Source: Saccostrea cucullata
Taxonomy: Eukaryota
Reading direction: 5' to 3'
Length of the DNA stretch: 64,000 nucleotides
NCBI RefSeq assembly: GCF_032062105.1
Contig: NW_026936150.1
Location: 434,001-498,000, forward strand
Below, piece by piece: positions 1 to 21,183 of the stretch; position 1 is the first letter of the stretch; every line of letters starts with the position of its first letter. Below the pieces are notes generated by a model. The model was not told the DNA's origin. It saw nothing but the letters and a program-made list of their open reading frames with translations, and searched no databases. A program made the translations under genes and the position numbers.

Positions 1-61
1 GTAATCAGGGCAGGGTTTATTATCTCCGGACTTAATGAAAGTAAATTGGCAAACAGAATGC

Positions 62-250
62 TTGGTTGATTGATTGATGGATTGTATGTTATTTAACGTC
101 CCTCTTTAGAATTTTGCACGCATATGGAGACGCCACCAGTTGCCGGTGAAGAGCTAAAAAATTCGTCCTATACTCGGCACTTAGGGCCATTGAGCAGTCT
201 ATTTCGGTTTATACAGTCTTACCCAAAGAACCGGTCTCAACTTCCCACGA
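62..250 (-). mobile_element. Degraded SINE fragment (Meta-SINE-like bivalve family)
   Basis: (GATT)n tail plus ggagacgccaccagttgccggtgaag..ctcggcacttagggccattgagcag, recalled as a common oyster SINE. A related fragment (gacacgggacctcg..ggtcacatccaaaggaccg) lies at 29718-29800. Confidence 0.55.
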
Positions 251-433
251 AATAGTATGTTTGAAATCATTTTCCATAAAAAGATTACATGCGTTTCTTA
301 TATTATATTTGTGTTTAAATTATTACTTTAATTACTTTATAAATTAAAGTATCCTAATAGAATTTCCTTTAATATTACATTATCAATGTTTGCATAAATT
401 AATAAAATATACCTTTTGAAATTTTCTTACGCA

Positions 434-640
434 ATATGTGGAGATAACAAAAATATTCGAGCTCAAAAACCAATTTAACATTGCAAGAAGGGAGCAGAGC
501 AAACACAGACCTCCAAAACATCAGAGATGGTATGTTTCCATGGAGGAGTGAGCATTCTCTGCGATCGGTCACACCTGCCGTGTGCTCCTTTTCATGTTTG
601 GGAAAAAACCGGGAAAATCCGTTAACAACTCAGTGGGAAA
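434..640 (-). mobile_element. Penelope-like element 3' tail fragment
   Basis: Reverse complement of the tail that follows the RT fragment at 10676-10807. Other copies at ~6843-6945, 10890-11010, 43205-43340, 56890-57010, 60400-60470. Confidence 0.6.
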
Positions 641-878
641 ATAATAGCCTAGCAGTCAGGATGAAAACCCCAATCAGCGTTTGACTCAATGACAAATTGT
701 ATTTGCTGACAAAGGCATTGTTTCGACATAGAACTTACGAGATGAGGACTCATCCCAGTTCTGATGTTTAAAAGATTCTTGAACATATCCGATATTGATA
801 ACTTTTCTTTATTTTATAACTCTAATTTGCGATTTCTATAAATTACCAAAAATAAAGCTGAAAGAAAAAAAAACATAC

Positions 879-9215
<8,337 letters not shown>

Positions 9216-9959
9216 ATTCTGTATTGAATGTCTCACATAGCTCGTGTTGTAACTGAATAAGAACTTGTTTATTATTATTTTTTTTTTAATTCGACGCATC
9301 CTGTCTTGCAAACGAACCAATGAAAAAGAGCATCGCTAAAATGCTATGGAATTCCACGAATAAATCATTTAGATGTCATTATCAATTTAGTCGTTCGAGT
9401 TTTCTGAATTTGTTCAAAGTGGTAAGGAAACAGTAACCAGATGGTTCTGGACATGTTTCTTTATCACATTGTGCTGCAAATCTGAAAGAGCCTAGGATAA
9501 CACAGCATTTTTTAAGGTCAATCTTTATTGAGCACTAAGTTAAAATACATATAATCAGTCCATCATTTTTATTTTGAAAGAATAGATTTCTGAAAGCTTC
9601 CAAATGCAATTCCATATTTCAAATAATCTTCCAGTTTGTTTACACTTAATTTTTAATAACTCCGTGTATTACTTAACCAAAGATTATTAGTATTTGCCTT
9701 GAATTTTGTTAAGACATTTTTGATAACATTTTTCGATATTAATCTTGAAAAGTAAAAGAATACTTCGCTTTTTGGCTAAAATTTTTGAGAAAGAAAATAA
9801 ATTAGTGTGAACGTAACTAATGCAAATCACTTTTAAATAATCTTCAAAATCTTGTGGTGTGTTTCCTATTTTGCACTTCTGAGAAAGTAATATACAAATT
9901 TTACTCATTTACAGATTAATTGCGGTAAAAAAGCAATGCTTTGATTCAATTACATGCAT

Positions 9960-11290
9960 ACTTATCTTTATTTCATTTGGAGATGGGCACAATTTTTGTG
10001 AAGATAGTTATAGCTGATTTGAAAAAAAGTACAAATACCAAAATGGATGACAGGTATAATTGATTTAAACCTAGCTTTTATTCCTTTGTGGAGAAGTATT
10101 AATTGTTGCTAGTTTTAAAATTATTGTTCAAGTCTTTAAATCAACTGTACCTATCTTCAAATAAAAAAAGATAGGTATAATTCCTACGTCAATACGATAT
10201 ATCCTGGTGAGCTTGCGATAAAAGATACCACAGAGTCCGACACTTCTGCTTCATACTTGGATATTTTACTTGAAAAAGAAGCTAATGGTAATCTAACAAC
10301 TAAGCTATATGATAAACGTGATGACTTTAACTTTTCTATCGTCAACTTTCCTTACTTATGCAGCAATATACCTTCATCACCTGCATACGGAGTATACATA
10401 TCGCAGTTGATTCGATACGCAAGAGCATGCTCCACGTATGAACAATTTTTAAAACGAGGTAAATTATTGACAAGCAAGTTGATGAAACAGGAATATCAGC
10501 AGTCCCGTTTAAAGTCACCATTTCGTAAGTTCTATGGTCGATACAATGACATTGTCAGCAAATACAATTTATCATTGAGTCAAATGCTGACTGTCGTTTT
10601 TCATACCAATTGTTAGTCCATTATTTATACACTGAATTGACGACGGATTTTTTCCGTGATTTCCTGATCGTGACAAGGCGGGTGTGACCGGTCGGCATAA
10701 TTACTCCTCCATGGCACCTGATCCCACCTCTGATCCGTGTTCGTTGCTCTAAATTTTGTATTGTTTTATGGACTTTGAGATTGAATACTGTTCGTTATCT
10801 CCATATCCTTCTCAATTAAACCTATATCTTTGATTGAATTGAACTTATCTGTCATTGAATTTAAATAGAACATAGGTTCAGTTATGAAATATATGGAGAT
10901 AAGAAACAGTATTCGAGCTCAAAAGTCCATAAAACAATACAAAATAGGAGCAGAGCAAACACGGACCTCCAAAAGATCAGAGGTGGGATCAGATGTCCTG
11001 GAGGACTGAGAATCCTTTAATGATAACAAGTAATTCATTTTAAAAGACCTATCTTCGACTCAGTTGTAACTTTCCTTATGTTTTTGGAAGATAGGTGCTA
11101 TAGTTTGAAGATGAGTTCATTCTTACTATTTGTTCTGATCATTTAATAATCATGCTCATTTTCAAATCAATTATTTCTATATCCAAATGAATGAGGGTAT
11201 GGTTAATTTGGAGATTATTACAATTAATTTGATGATAGTAATTAATGATTTGATAAAGATGTAACTGATTTAAACCTAGGTAAATGTAAA
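9960..11290. repeat. Degenerate ~21-bp (gaagataggtataattcaatt) repeat field in both orientations
   Basis: Recurring gataggt/acctatc units. Homologous fields at 24545-25080 and 56480-57310, each downstream of a type II terminal exon. Confidence 0.6.
10184..10812 (+). mobile_element. 5'-truncated Penelope-like retroelement (RT C-terminus plus 3' tail)
   Basis: ORF 10257-10616 with ..SASYLD..TKLYDKRDDFNFSIVNFP..SNIPSSPAYGVYISQLIRYARACS. Absent from the paralogous region 56700-56810. Confidence 0.8.
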
Positions 11291-11423
11291 GGGTTACCCC
11301 TCTTCAGTTTTCCTGTAGGTTTGGTACGTCACACAGATATCGGTAGTACAAGATCAAATTTTTATACGAAATGATTAGGCAAATAATCCCCATGGAATGA
11401 TAAGGTACAATGTGAAACAGTAT

Positions 11424-12210
11424 ACACTTATTTCATGACTACGAGTCAAACTTTTGTTCCGAGGTAATGGGGAAGACTTGGGAAACTGTTGCCCGAGGCC
11501 GTCGGCCTCGGGCAACAGTTTCCCAGGTCTTCCGTATTATCGAGGGACAACAGTTTGACTGTTTCCCGAATTGTCATAAAATTAGTGTTTTATTACCTAA
11601 CCTACTATATAATTTCTTAAAATGATGATATAGACATAATAATCAATGGATTTTAGAATAAATCGGCCAATTTTTTTATTTCTTGAAATCAAACTGAACA
11701 ATAGACTAATCAAATTCTCACGCCAATTGGTTTCAAAACAACACATTAATAAAATATCAATTTATCAGTGGCACATTTGTAAACAACATAATAATTTCTT
11801 GAAAGTTTGAATATAACACGTTGGGTTGGAGTTTTAACGCAAAGATCTATAATGAATGAAGGGTCCTACATTTTTCCAAACTACCTTCAGAAAAAGTGTT
11901 CTTGGCCTCTTTTTTGACGTGATGTTAAATTAAACATGTATTTATATAGATATCAGGATTACTTTCAGATGATAATTTCAAATTGAATGCCATTAAATTG
12001 CTTTATTTTATATATAATTCAATGTAATATAGCTGTAAAGTACGGGAAATTGATTATGATGTCATAATGGATATTTCAGCCAGGCGACAGTTAATTATGT
12101 GTCCCGGTCAACAGTTCGACTGTTTCATGATCACGCAAAAGTATAAAATGAATCGTGAAACAGTTTAAAATGCCTAATTACAATTTAAATAATAGTAGGT
12201 TAGGTAATAA
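11424..12210. mobile_element. Palindromic non-autonomous element (unclassified, possibly Crypton-like)
   Basis: Perfect 23-bp arms 11479-11501/11503-11525 inside a larger palindrome. Perfect 18-bp inverted repeat 11590-11607/12193-12210. Absent at the paralogous site ~57440. Confidence 0.7.
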
Positions 12211-12314
12211 TAAAAAATATTCTATCATCTGCACAGTGAAAAATTTTCATCGAAAGCAAGTGATATTTTTGCATACATGAGGTAATTCGACTAGTCAATT
12301 CAAAAGTAACGATG

Positions 12315-12438
12315 TTAACATTTCTCTGTGTTTTGCTCCATTGGTAGCTGAGTTAATGCAGCACTGTTTTCCTCCGTATCAGAGGTTTTGGGGAAAGCCA
12401 GAGACTTTTCATTAGAAAAGACTTTCCAATGACCGCGC
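12315..12438 (-). other. Isolated intact terminal coding exon of a type II Mesh-like gene (cytoplasmic tail)
   Basis: Acceptor tctttcag|G, then RGHWKVFSNEKSLAFPKTSDTEENSAALTQLPMEQNTEKC*. Same 124-nt length as, and near-identical to, the last exon of copy D (57568-57691). No TM exon lies immediately upstream. Confidence 0.85.
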
Positions 12439-14552
12439 CTGAAAGATTGAAACACAGTTTATATGGGATGCAACTTTAAACGTAACAAGTTTGGCTTTCC
12501 AGAAAGCCTGAAATGTCATCTCTTTGGTATCAATAATGTCAAAGAAATAAAACAGAAAGGGAAATATTTAAATGCAATGAATATATGGATTATTACACCT
12601 GAAGTTCCCAAATGACTTATTCAGCAAACTCCACAGTAAAGTACGCAGTTTCTTTTGGCCGCAGTATATATATATGGAAAGCATGGACGTCTGCGAGAGC
12701 ACCCAAGGCGATTTTTGGTGAAATTTCATTCTAGCGGTCTTTGTGCTTCTGGGTGTTTACAATTTACTTAAATTCAAATACTTTCCTTGAACTATATTTT
12801 CTTAACACAATACGGAATTATCAACAATAATTATCATTCATTTAAAAACAGCTAATCATTAAAGTTTGACAGGAATTAATTTAATAAATCCCATTACAGA
12901 CTAAAAACATTAACATAAAATTAGTGTTGACCACTCTTCGTTCATTTTTTGCAGAATCTAATTGTAAGCTTGTTCATTTGTGCGAGAACCAGTTTTTCCT
13001 TCGTGTCAACAAATCTATATACATGTATAGAAATCACGCCATTGTCAATTCTCCTTGTGTGGTTTACCAATTTAATAATGTATTAATGTATTGAGGATCA
13101 ATATATATACGACACCGAAACTATAGATATTTATAAGCATCGTACTTCTTTTCTAAATTTTCCTTGGCTTTCAAATAACCTAAACCGAAAGTAGATCACA
13201 CACTCCTAAGCTAGTTCTTCTAAAAGAAAACCAGTTTACAGGGTACTTGGAACTCTGTAAAACATCGAGGAATCCAGAAAGATTAATGGAGGCTTACACT
13301 AGGACTTCACTTCCGGCATACAATCTTAATGTGTCATCTCCCGAGGGAGATGACAATAAACACGATTCCAAACAGTCGCGCCCTCTTGCGAAAGAGTTAC
13401 CTACCGTATGTATTGATGACATCAAACGAGGATACACGTAAGATTCATACATGACATAATGTACAAGTTAAATGAACACCTTATGACAATCTATGGACAG
13501 GTGAAATCTACTTTCATTTTTGCGCTCATTGTATTGTCAACAATGATGCATAACATTCGGACGCTTATCACTAGGGTTTTTTTCCGAGTCAGATTACTTA
13601 TGTTTATGTCGATAAAGGACAGATTATTTATTTCCAATAAAATCAAGGTCAAATTATTTATTTTCTTCTTCACTGAAAAAGCCCGATAAGAAAAAATCAA
13701 TCAAAGTTTAAATCTATAATTAGAGGGAGGGGGGAGCACTGACCAGGGGCAAATTATTTTTTATTTGTTTACTTCTAAAACTACGATCTATAACCATTAT
13801 ACAATCTGTTATATATTCAAATATTTACATTTCCAGTGTCTTTGTCCGAGATAAAATTACAAATGGTTAATTTATACTTTCTTCATAAATGTACTGATTC
13901 ATCGATAGGCGCAGTTAAAAAAAATCACGTACGGGGCGCGACGTGAACCGATAGAGACAGAAGCGGGGCTTATAGCACGTATGGGATGAGCGTCCAATCA
14001 AAAGCATGTAAATATAAGGAATACTATTGGCGGCGGAAAGGGTAAAAATTACGTTAATGCAAAACTAACAACTAACTTTATGAACATAATGAAATACAAA
14101 ACAGAAAACCTTAAAACAAAATCAACTGACTCGTTTGCAAAATCAACAGACTCCGATGCAAAATCACCAATGCAAAACCAACGATCATTGACTGAATTGA
14201 CGCTATAGATGGTGTGCAAAAAAGAAACAACATTACCTGTATTAACGCTAGATGGCTCGCAAGTTCATTTACTTCATCATTATTTGTGTACTTTCATAGG
14301 AACGTAGATTCCGCGAAATTATCTATCAGGCGAAATTATCTGTCGCAAACCTCGGAATGTACAAGGGTTGATCCAAAAGTAATGTCACAACTTCAAAAAA
14401 ATTGCTACTAGTCGACGTAAAAAAAACAGAATTAGAATTGATGGAAGCTATATTAATTTCAAAGCAGACCTGAGAATTTTAATTCAAAGTGAATAATACT
14501 TTTAAAAACGTAGAATTATATACAACGTGCGAATTTGTTAGTCGCCGCATCT

Positions 14553-14564
14553 ATAATAATAATG

Positions 14565-14598
<34 letters not shown>

Positions 14599-15720
14599 CT
14601 TTATTTAAAGAAGGTAACCTGGTAAGTGCATGCACTATTCTTCCCCAGGGCCTTCTGTATATATCAAATACAAAAACTATACAGAATACAATTCGTCATA
14701 TATAATAGTAATATATTTAAGGAATTACAATCATAAGATTATGAATATAGTGTCCATGTATAGTTAATTAACAATCATAATACAGTATACAATATCGAAA
14801 CCTTATTGTGCTCAAATAATTGTGCGACAGCTGATGATGTAATTTTCTATATTACACTTAAATGTTCGTAAAAATTGAGAGAGTCTAATGTGTTGGGGAA
14901 GTTTATTCCATAGATGTACACCTGAATACTGAAAAGATGTCTTGAATAAGTTTGTACGAAATTTCGGCAATCTTAGATCATAATAACTTTCAGATCGAAG
15001 ATTATAAGAAGTTGAAGAATGAAATTCAAATAAATTACAAAGATATTGTGGAGTCGTTCCACTGAAAATTTTGTATAATAATATATATTTGTATAGATCA
15101 ACTAGCTCATAAACTGTTAACCATCCAAGTTTCTCAAACAGTGGTTTAGAAGAAGAATCTGGACTTGCGTCAAGAATAATCCTTGCTGCCCTTTTCTGTA
15201 ATTTAAATAGTCTGTCCATGTCCTGCTTGGGGGCATTACCCCAGATAGTCAAACAATAGTTAATAGATGGTAAAATATAAGCATTGTAATATAGTTTTCT
15301 GGTATGTAGAGGGAGAAATTTCTTAATCCTTCGAAGAGTAAATAACTTATAATTTATCGTTTTACAAACTGAATCAATATGATTTGCATACTGTAATTTA
15401 TCATCAATATGTACACCAAGAATTTTTTTTCAGTTTCAACCATTTCAATTGTTTTGTCTGAGGCATAAAGTTGTAAATTTGGATTATCTAATTTTAATTT
15501 TCTTTGCTGTGTTCCCATTAACATACATTTTGTTTTATCAACATTAAAATTTTAAAACCATTTGATTTTGAGCACACCATTTCTCAATCTCACAAAGATC
15601 TGAATGAATTTAGTGTATTTTCTAAACATCTTGCATTATTATTATTAGAATACAGAGTTACATCATCACCAAACATATCAATATTTGAATTGTTTACATG
15701 CAATGGAAGGTCATTTATAA
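14553..15720 (-). mobile_element. 5'-truncated L2/CR1-group LINE (RT C-terminus) with (ATT)n tail
   Basis: ORF 14812-15252 WGNA..LQKRAARIIL..LGWL..YNLR..SFQYSGVHLWNKLP. Degenerate IDMFGDD (YADD box) at ~15660-15685. (TAA)n at 14553-14595. Confidence 0.85.
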
Positions 15721-16491
15721 ATTAATACATAAGTAATTTCATCTAAATTACGTCACGTTATGTATATTCGCCATCAATCTTAAAAACGTTTCTCAATAAA
15801 AATATTTGAGATTCTCAAATATGTTCACGAATAAATTCTTGGTAGCCATCGTACATTAACTCTTTGTCAAAATTCCTTGAACAGTATAATTAAACTGTGT
15901 TCATATCCATTTACATAACAGATACACGAATGTCTTTTGAAAACATCAGACACCATGTTAAACGTTTCCTTCCGACCTCTCTTCTTTCAGTCTTCTTGTC
16001 TTCTGATAATAATTCAATGACCTATCCAACTTCCTAAAATCGCTGAAATCATCTATAAACAAAGACTCTCCTTTACTTTTTTTATCATTGTAAGTCTTAT
16101 CAATCACTGTGACTGTCTACACTGGTAATTTCCCCCAAAGCAGCTCGTTACCCCCCCCCCCTCCCCACCCACCCCCCATTCGGACACTTCCTATGTTCAA
16201 TGCATCAGAGTCAAACACAATTTTTTTTAAAAATACAAAATAACAATAGCGTCATTTAATCTTAACTGATTATTAGAAAACACGCAAGTTTATTTTGCCT
16301 TTTTTTTATTTTTTGGGCGATAAGATACATTTTAAATATTTATATCGTGTTTGTCTTTCTCATCCTAAAAAATATTCTTTAAAATGTTACGTTTAGTGTA
16401 ACGCGGCGACACCCCTTATGCTTGATGTTTTAAACATCTATAACATTAATTTGATTTAACAAAATTTTTGATGTTAATTAGATTCATATAT

Positions 16492-19400
16492 GTGACCGCG
16501 ACTGGGAAAAAGGGTCCAGATGAGTAAATAATCGAAATTAATTTTATTGTCTTTTTTAAATCAGGACACTTTGAATAATATAAATTCAAAATTTCATGCA
16601 AATATCAGTGAAAATAAAGAAGATACAGACCAAGGTATGCAGGCATCTTCCAGTCATTTCATAACGTCAGTGACGTTACCATAACGTCGTAATTATTAAA
16701 AGATCAAACATATTTCAACATTCTACTGGTGTATTAAGAACAATCTCTTCTTTTTATTTAAAATCTTCCTTAGGTATGATAAAAATGAATTAATTGAACC
16801 ATTAAATCATTGAGTCATTAAATATACTGTTATTCTAACTTATTACATGTGACTGTTGAAACAGTTGAATTTGATTCAGAATACTGACTTATTATCCTAC
16901 CAGTATCGATGACCAAAGAGAGAAAGGGAAGAAAACATGCATAATGAAAAAATAATCCAACCATTTATTCTCAATAAAAGATAAATATGCCAATTGAAAT
17001 TACATTCGAAAATAATAAAAAAGTTATTATTTGTAGTTATGACAATATACACCAGATATAAAAAAAAAATACAGAATGAAAGAGGTTCTTTGACAGCTGT
17101 AAACAAAATCACTAAAAATGAATAGCAGATTACTATTTTTTTAAACAGACATTCTGAATATTGCAAACATGTACATTAAAATGTACTGATGATATTACAG
17201 ATGCATGTATCTGTACTTTCTAAACAATATCAACAGTATACAGTATAAAGATTATGAAAATATTACATTTTGAGGGGTAGTGTGAAAATTGTATCCCTTG
17301 AAAATTAAAAAAAAATTTAAAAGAATCATTTTTGACAAAGCTTTATAATATTTTTTGTTTAAATAAATATATTCAAAATGCATTTAAAGGAAAATGTCAC
17401 AGAGAAGGTGCAAACATCAACCAACAATTTTCATACTGTTACACATTTTTTAAACTGTTGAGATGTAGCACTACTCATAGGACACAGCTTATGTAAACAG
17501 TTGGGTAAAAGTCCTAATTCTAACCAATGTCTTAAAGCAATGAAATTCGACTACCAGAAAAGTACATCAATGTAACACATTACTGGAAGTAATACAATAG
17601 GAACTACATGTATACATTTTACTTCTAATCTTTCTTACACACAATAATCTTCCCCTTCATCTAAGGAGAAGACTTTTCCTTTTCCCCAAGTGTGACATGG
17701 AATGATCAAGTGAATAAACTTTCAGCTCTTTCTTTGGTTCGACTGGTTTTGGACATGATGTTTCAGTGATAGACAATGTTCACAGATTTGCTCATATAAG
17801 TACCATTGCCTTTTGGGCTCAAGACCAGGTGCTGGGATTTCTTGAGGAAGAGGATCATTTACGGAGGGAAGGATATTCTTATCTTTCAGGAGATTGACAC
17901 ACAAAGGAACAAACTTACAGAGCTCCTTATATTCAATAAGACCAGGAATCTCAGCATTTACTCAGAAATGATGATAGCCTCGAATGTTTTTCAAGAGTTT
18001 GGAGAACTGTTCAAGGTACGACTTCCAGTCCCTAAACTGCGCAGGCGTTTGTGGATCTGACATGAGCTGAGGAACGTTATGGCCTCTGTGGGATGAATGA
18101 CGGACGGTGTCTGCCATATCATTCATGGCTTTTGCTGAGGATGTACGCCATTTTACTTTCCAGACTCCAAAATGCCAGTCAGGATCAAAATTTAGTGTGT
18201 CCTGCCATCATCATAGAATATTCCACAATAATATGGAGTCCAAATCGAAAGGAAATACATTTTTTAATTAATTTCAATATAATATTATATATATACAAAT
18301 GCTACATTTAGGAAGAGTTTGCATTTTTTGAATATATATCAAAACTGACATTATACATGCAAAAAATGCTTTTACCGGGTACAATTTTTTATCATTAAAA
18401 TTAAATATTTTTCATTATGATGTACACTTACCTACAAGAACTCTCCAGAGAGCAAAACCATAAGAAAATGTTGTTATTGTTTTGCCCACTGCAGTTGTCA
18501 AAATGATTGGATGCTGTTTCTCTCCATATCCATGGTATCGAAAAAAGTGGTGAACCATACTAATGACAGAATTAGCACCCTTCCCTGTGCTCTCAGCCTC
18601 ATCAATCAAGTTTTTACTCCCATATAAGTAAAAACAAAAATTTTAATCAGAACTAAACAACTCAATCATTGACTTGTTTATCTACCTCATATACGAGGGT
18701 TGTCCCGTAAAATCGTGGACAAGTTGTCTAGTTTGTAAAGTAATCATCACTGCGTTCTGAAATTTTCACCACTTTTTAGTAGATAAATTATGAATATACA
18801 TAGCAAATTTCAAATAGATATATGCATAGGTAAACAAACTGTGATATTTTATGTTATGTACTGTATCGCCCTACGGCGCACGGATGATAACGTCAGAGCG
18901 TCTAAAACAGCGTCACGTTTTATCTTTGCTAAACTTAAAGTTGGATAAGCCCCACTTAAATTTAGAAATTTTATTGATTTACATATGTGAGTATCTATGA
19001 CCAGTTAAGAAACCAATGTGGCACACTCATGCGATCTTCTGAATATTTATTAGCAAGTTACAGACAGTATTCTCACCATCATTCAACTAAAAGAGAATCT
19101 CACATCGACGGTCGACAGTGACAGCGTCCTTTGCTATTACAAATGGCAGTCTGTCCATATGTTATGTACTATCTGGGGACTCGACCACGAAGATTTCACT
19201 AAGAAAACTTTCATTTCATTTATATACTAAAGATCTGGTGATATTTTTCATATTTTCTTTCTTCTGTATTCATTTAAAGTCTCTTAAGGCATCATTACAA
19301 CATCCTAATCTATCTGAACTGCTCTCCGGTGCGCCGTAACGTCATAAAAAGTCGCCATTTTTCGTGTTTTTTGTTTATTACTTTCCCATTTCAAATGCTT

Positions 19401-20215
19401 GGGAAACTGCCAAAAATTAACCAAATGCCTTGAAATTTTTAAAAAGACGACAGAATTGATTAAGAAATGGAATTAGGGTAATTTTCATCCTTATCTTATG
19501 TATTGAAAACTTTTATTACCAATTAATTCTTATGTCTTCTCTAATATAACCTTGCTATTTTTACCGTGCGCCGTAGGACCATACCTTGTGCACATTCAAG
19601 CAGAATAAAATCTTTATTTTTTAATATATATTATCAAAAACATCATGATTCACTTAAATATGATGAATAAACATTTACTGAAAATTTCAGCTTAGTGCGC
19701 CCATTACTTTTTGAGAAAAACGCTTTGTCCACGATTTTATGGGACAACCCTCGTACATGCATTAATATGACAAAAATAGAATTGTGTCAATATTTTGCTA
19801 CAACTATATTTAATTTGACATGTTAATAGAATTCATAGTAACTAAAATTGTTTTATTCAGGAACAGTCTCATATTATTCTATATTTGAAATAGTATCCTA
19901 CTTTTCTTGTATTTTAGATTTTATTGTTTTGTCAAATATTTGATCTCCACATAAAACGTAATTAATAAAATTCTTATAAGATTTGCATGTACAGTTATTA
20001 TAAATGAATTAAAGAACAAAGCAATATATCATGACTAATGAATTAACATACCAGTACCTGAACCCTAGCAACATACACCAAACACATTGCATTTCCAGGG
20101 CGTCTTGAAAAAAATTGGTCCCACTTGTTGGGCATGATGAGAAAAATGCACTTGTTGTGTGCATAGTCCAAGGAATAGTGCATTTCCATATCAACTGAGC
20201 ATGCTCAACTGAGCA
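16492..20215 (-). mobile_element. Degraded intron-containing Sola-superfamily transposase/transposon relic
   Basis: Frameshifted motifs HYSLDYAQQVH..GPIFFKTP (20060-20190), IDEAESTGKGANSVISMVHHFF..DNCSGQN..WRV (18430-18610), MAGHTKFDPDWHFG..GLEPKRQWYLYEQI (17770-18230). Possible terminus ATAT|GTGACC at 16488-16497; the other terminus was not found. Confidence 0.7.
18694..19753. mobile_element. Tc1/mariner MITE nested in the Sola relic
   Basis: 29-bp TIR CGAGGGTTGTCCC(G/A)TAAAATCGTGGACAA with a TA duplication on both sides. Confidence 0.9.
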
Positions 20216-20827
20216 TGGAGCATTTGACAGAATAAATCATTCATGATCATATTATGGGCAAATTGTGGTATATTGTATTTGATAATATGACACAAAATAC
20301 AAAAAATATTGACACTGTGATATTACTTATATTAACCCTCCTATTATAGAATACATTATCGGAATCATATTTCGGAATATATAATAAGGGATCATATACT
20401 ATATACAGTATATAACCCATTTTTTTTTTCTCTAACAGATTGACCCTGTGCTTATATTTCAGGGAATGACTTTAGTAATTTAAAGTATAAAGAAATTAAG
20501 GCAAGATGCAAATGTGCCTTTATCTTTTTTTGCTTAAAAATAAGGTGAAGGAAGGCAGGACAGCAATTACTCCAGGTTTGGGGGATAATATTTTCGGAGA
20601 AATTAGGAAAATCAGTAGGGGACCTGGGGGCACAGAGCCTGCAGCTAGCTGGGGCGAAGGCCCCTGGCTGAAATTGAATTTGAGCATTCTTATGAACATT
20701 TAGAGTGCATAAAAGGTCTACTTCGCATACCATGGCAAAGATGCCACCACACCTTGTACAGGGCGTATAATTTGGTCTCATTCTTGTAACCTTACAGTGT
20801 AAAGATTTCTTTTATTTTTTCAACTAT

Positions 20828-21183
20828 TGAAGTAAAAGAGAAAGGCCTCAGACTGTCCCTGGTGTGAGAGAAAGAACTAATGGAGGGCCGTAAGAGAAAA
20901 AACTAATGGAGTTCTTTCTCTCACTGAATGGACAGTTTGAGGCCTTTCTCCTACTTATAAAAATGATTCTCTTTGTTCTGAGAATTAAAAAAAAAATTGC
21001 AAAATAGGTACACATACAATAAGTTCAGTGTTTACAGAATGGACAGTCATAGGTAAGCTTGGGGTGCACAACAGTTTGTTGAATAGACATTGTGTTTCCA
21101 GATGAGAATAATAAATAATTTTTGTCTAAAGAATGGACAGTTACAGGCGGATTTCGGGGGATGCTTGTATTTATATAAGAATG
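20828..21183. mobile_element. Palindromic non-autonomous element
   Basis: gagaaaggcctcagactgtcc..gtgagagaaagaact / agttctttctctcac..ggacagtttgaggcctttctc hairpin at ~20830-20957. Confidence 0.55.

Noticed and set aside
10620-10810. Hammerhead ribozyme expected in a Penelope-like tail
   Set aside because: I could not find the CTGANGA...GAAA core by eye.
13247-13441. Short hydrophilic ORF
   Set aside because: No recognisable motif, paralog or splice context.
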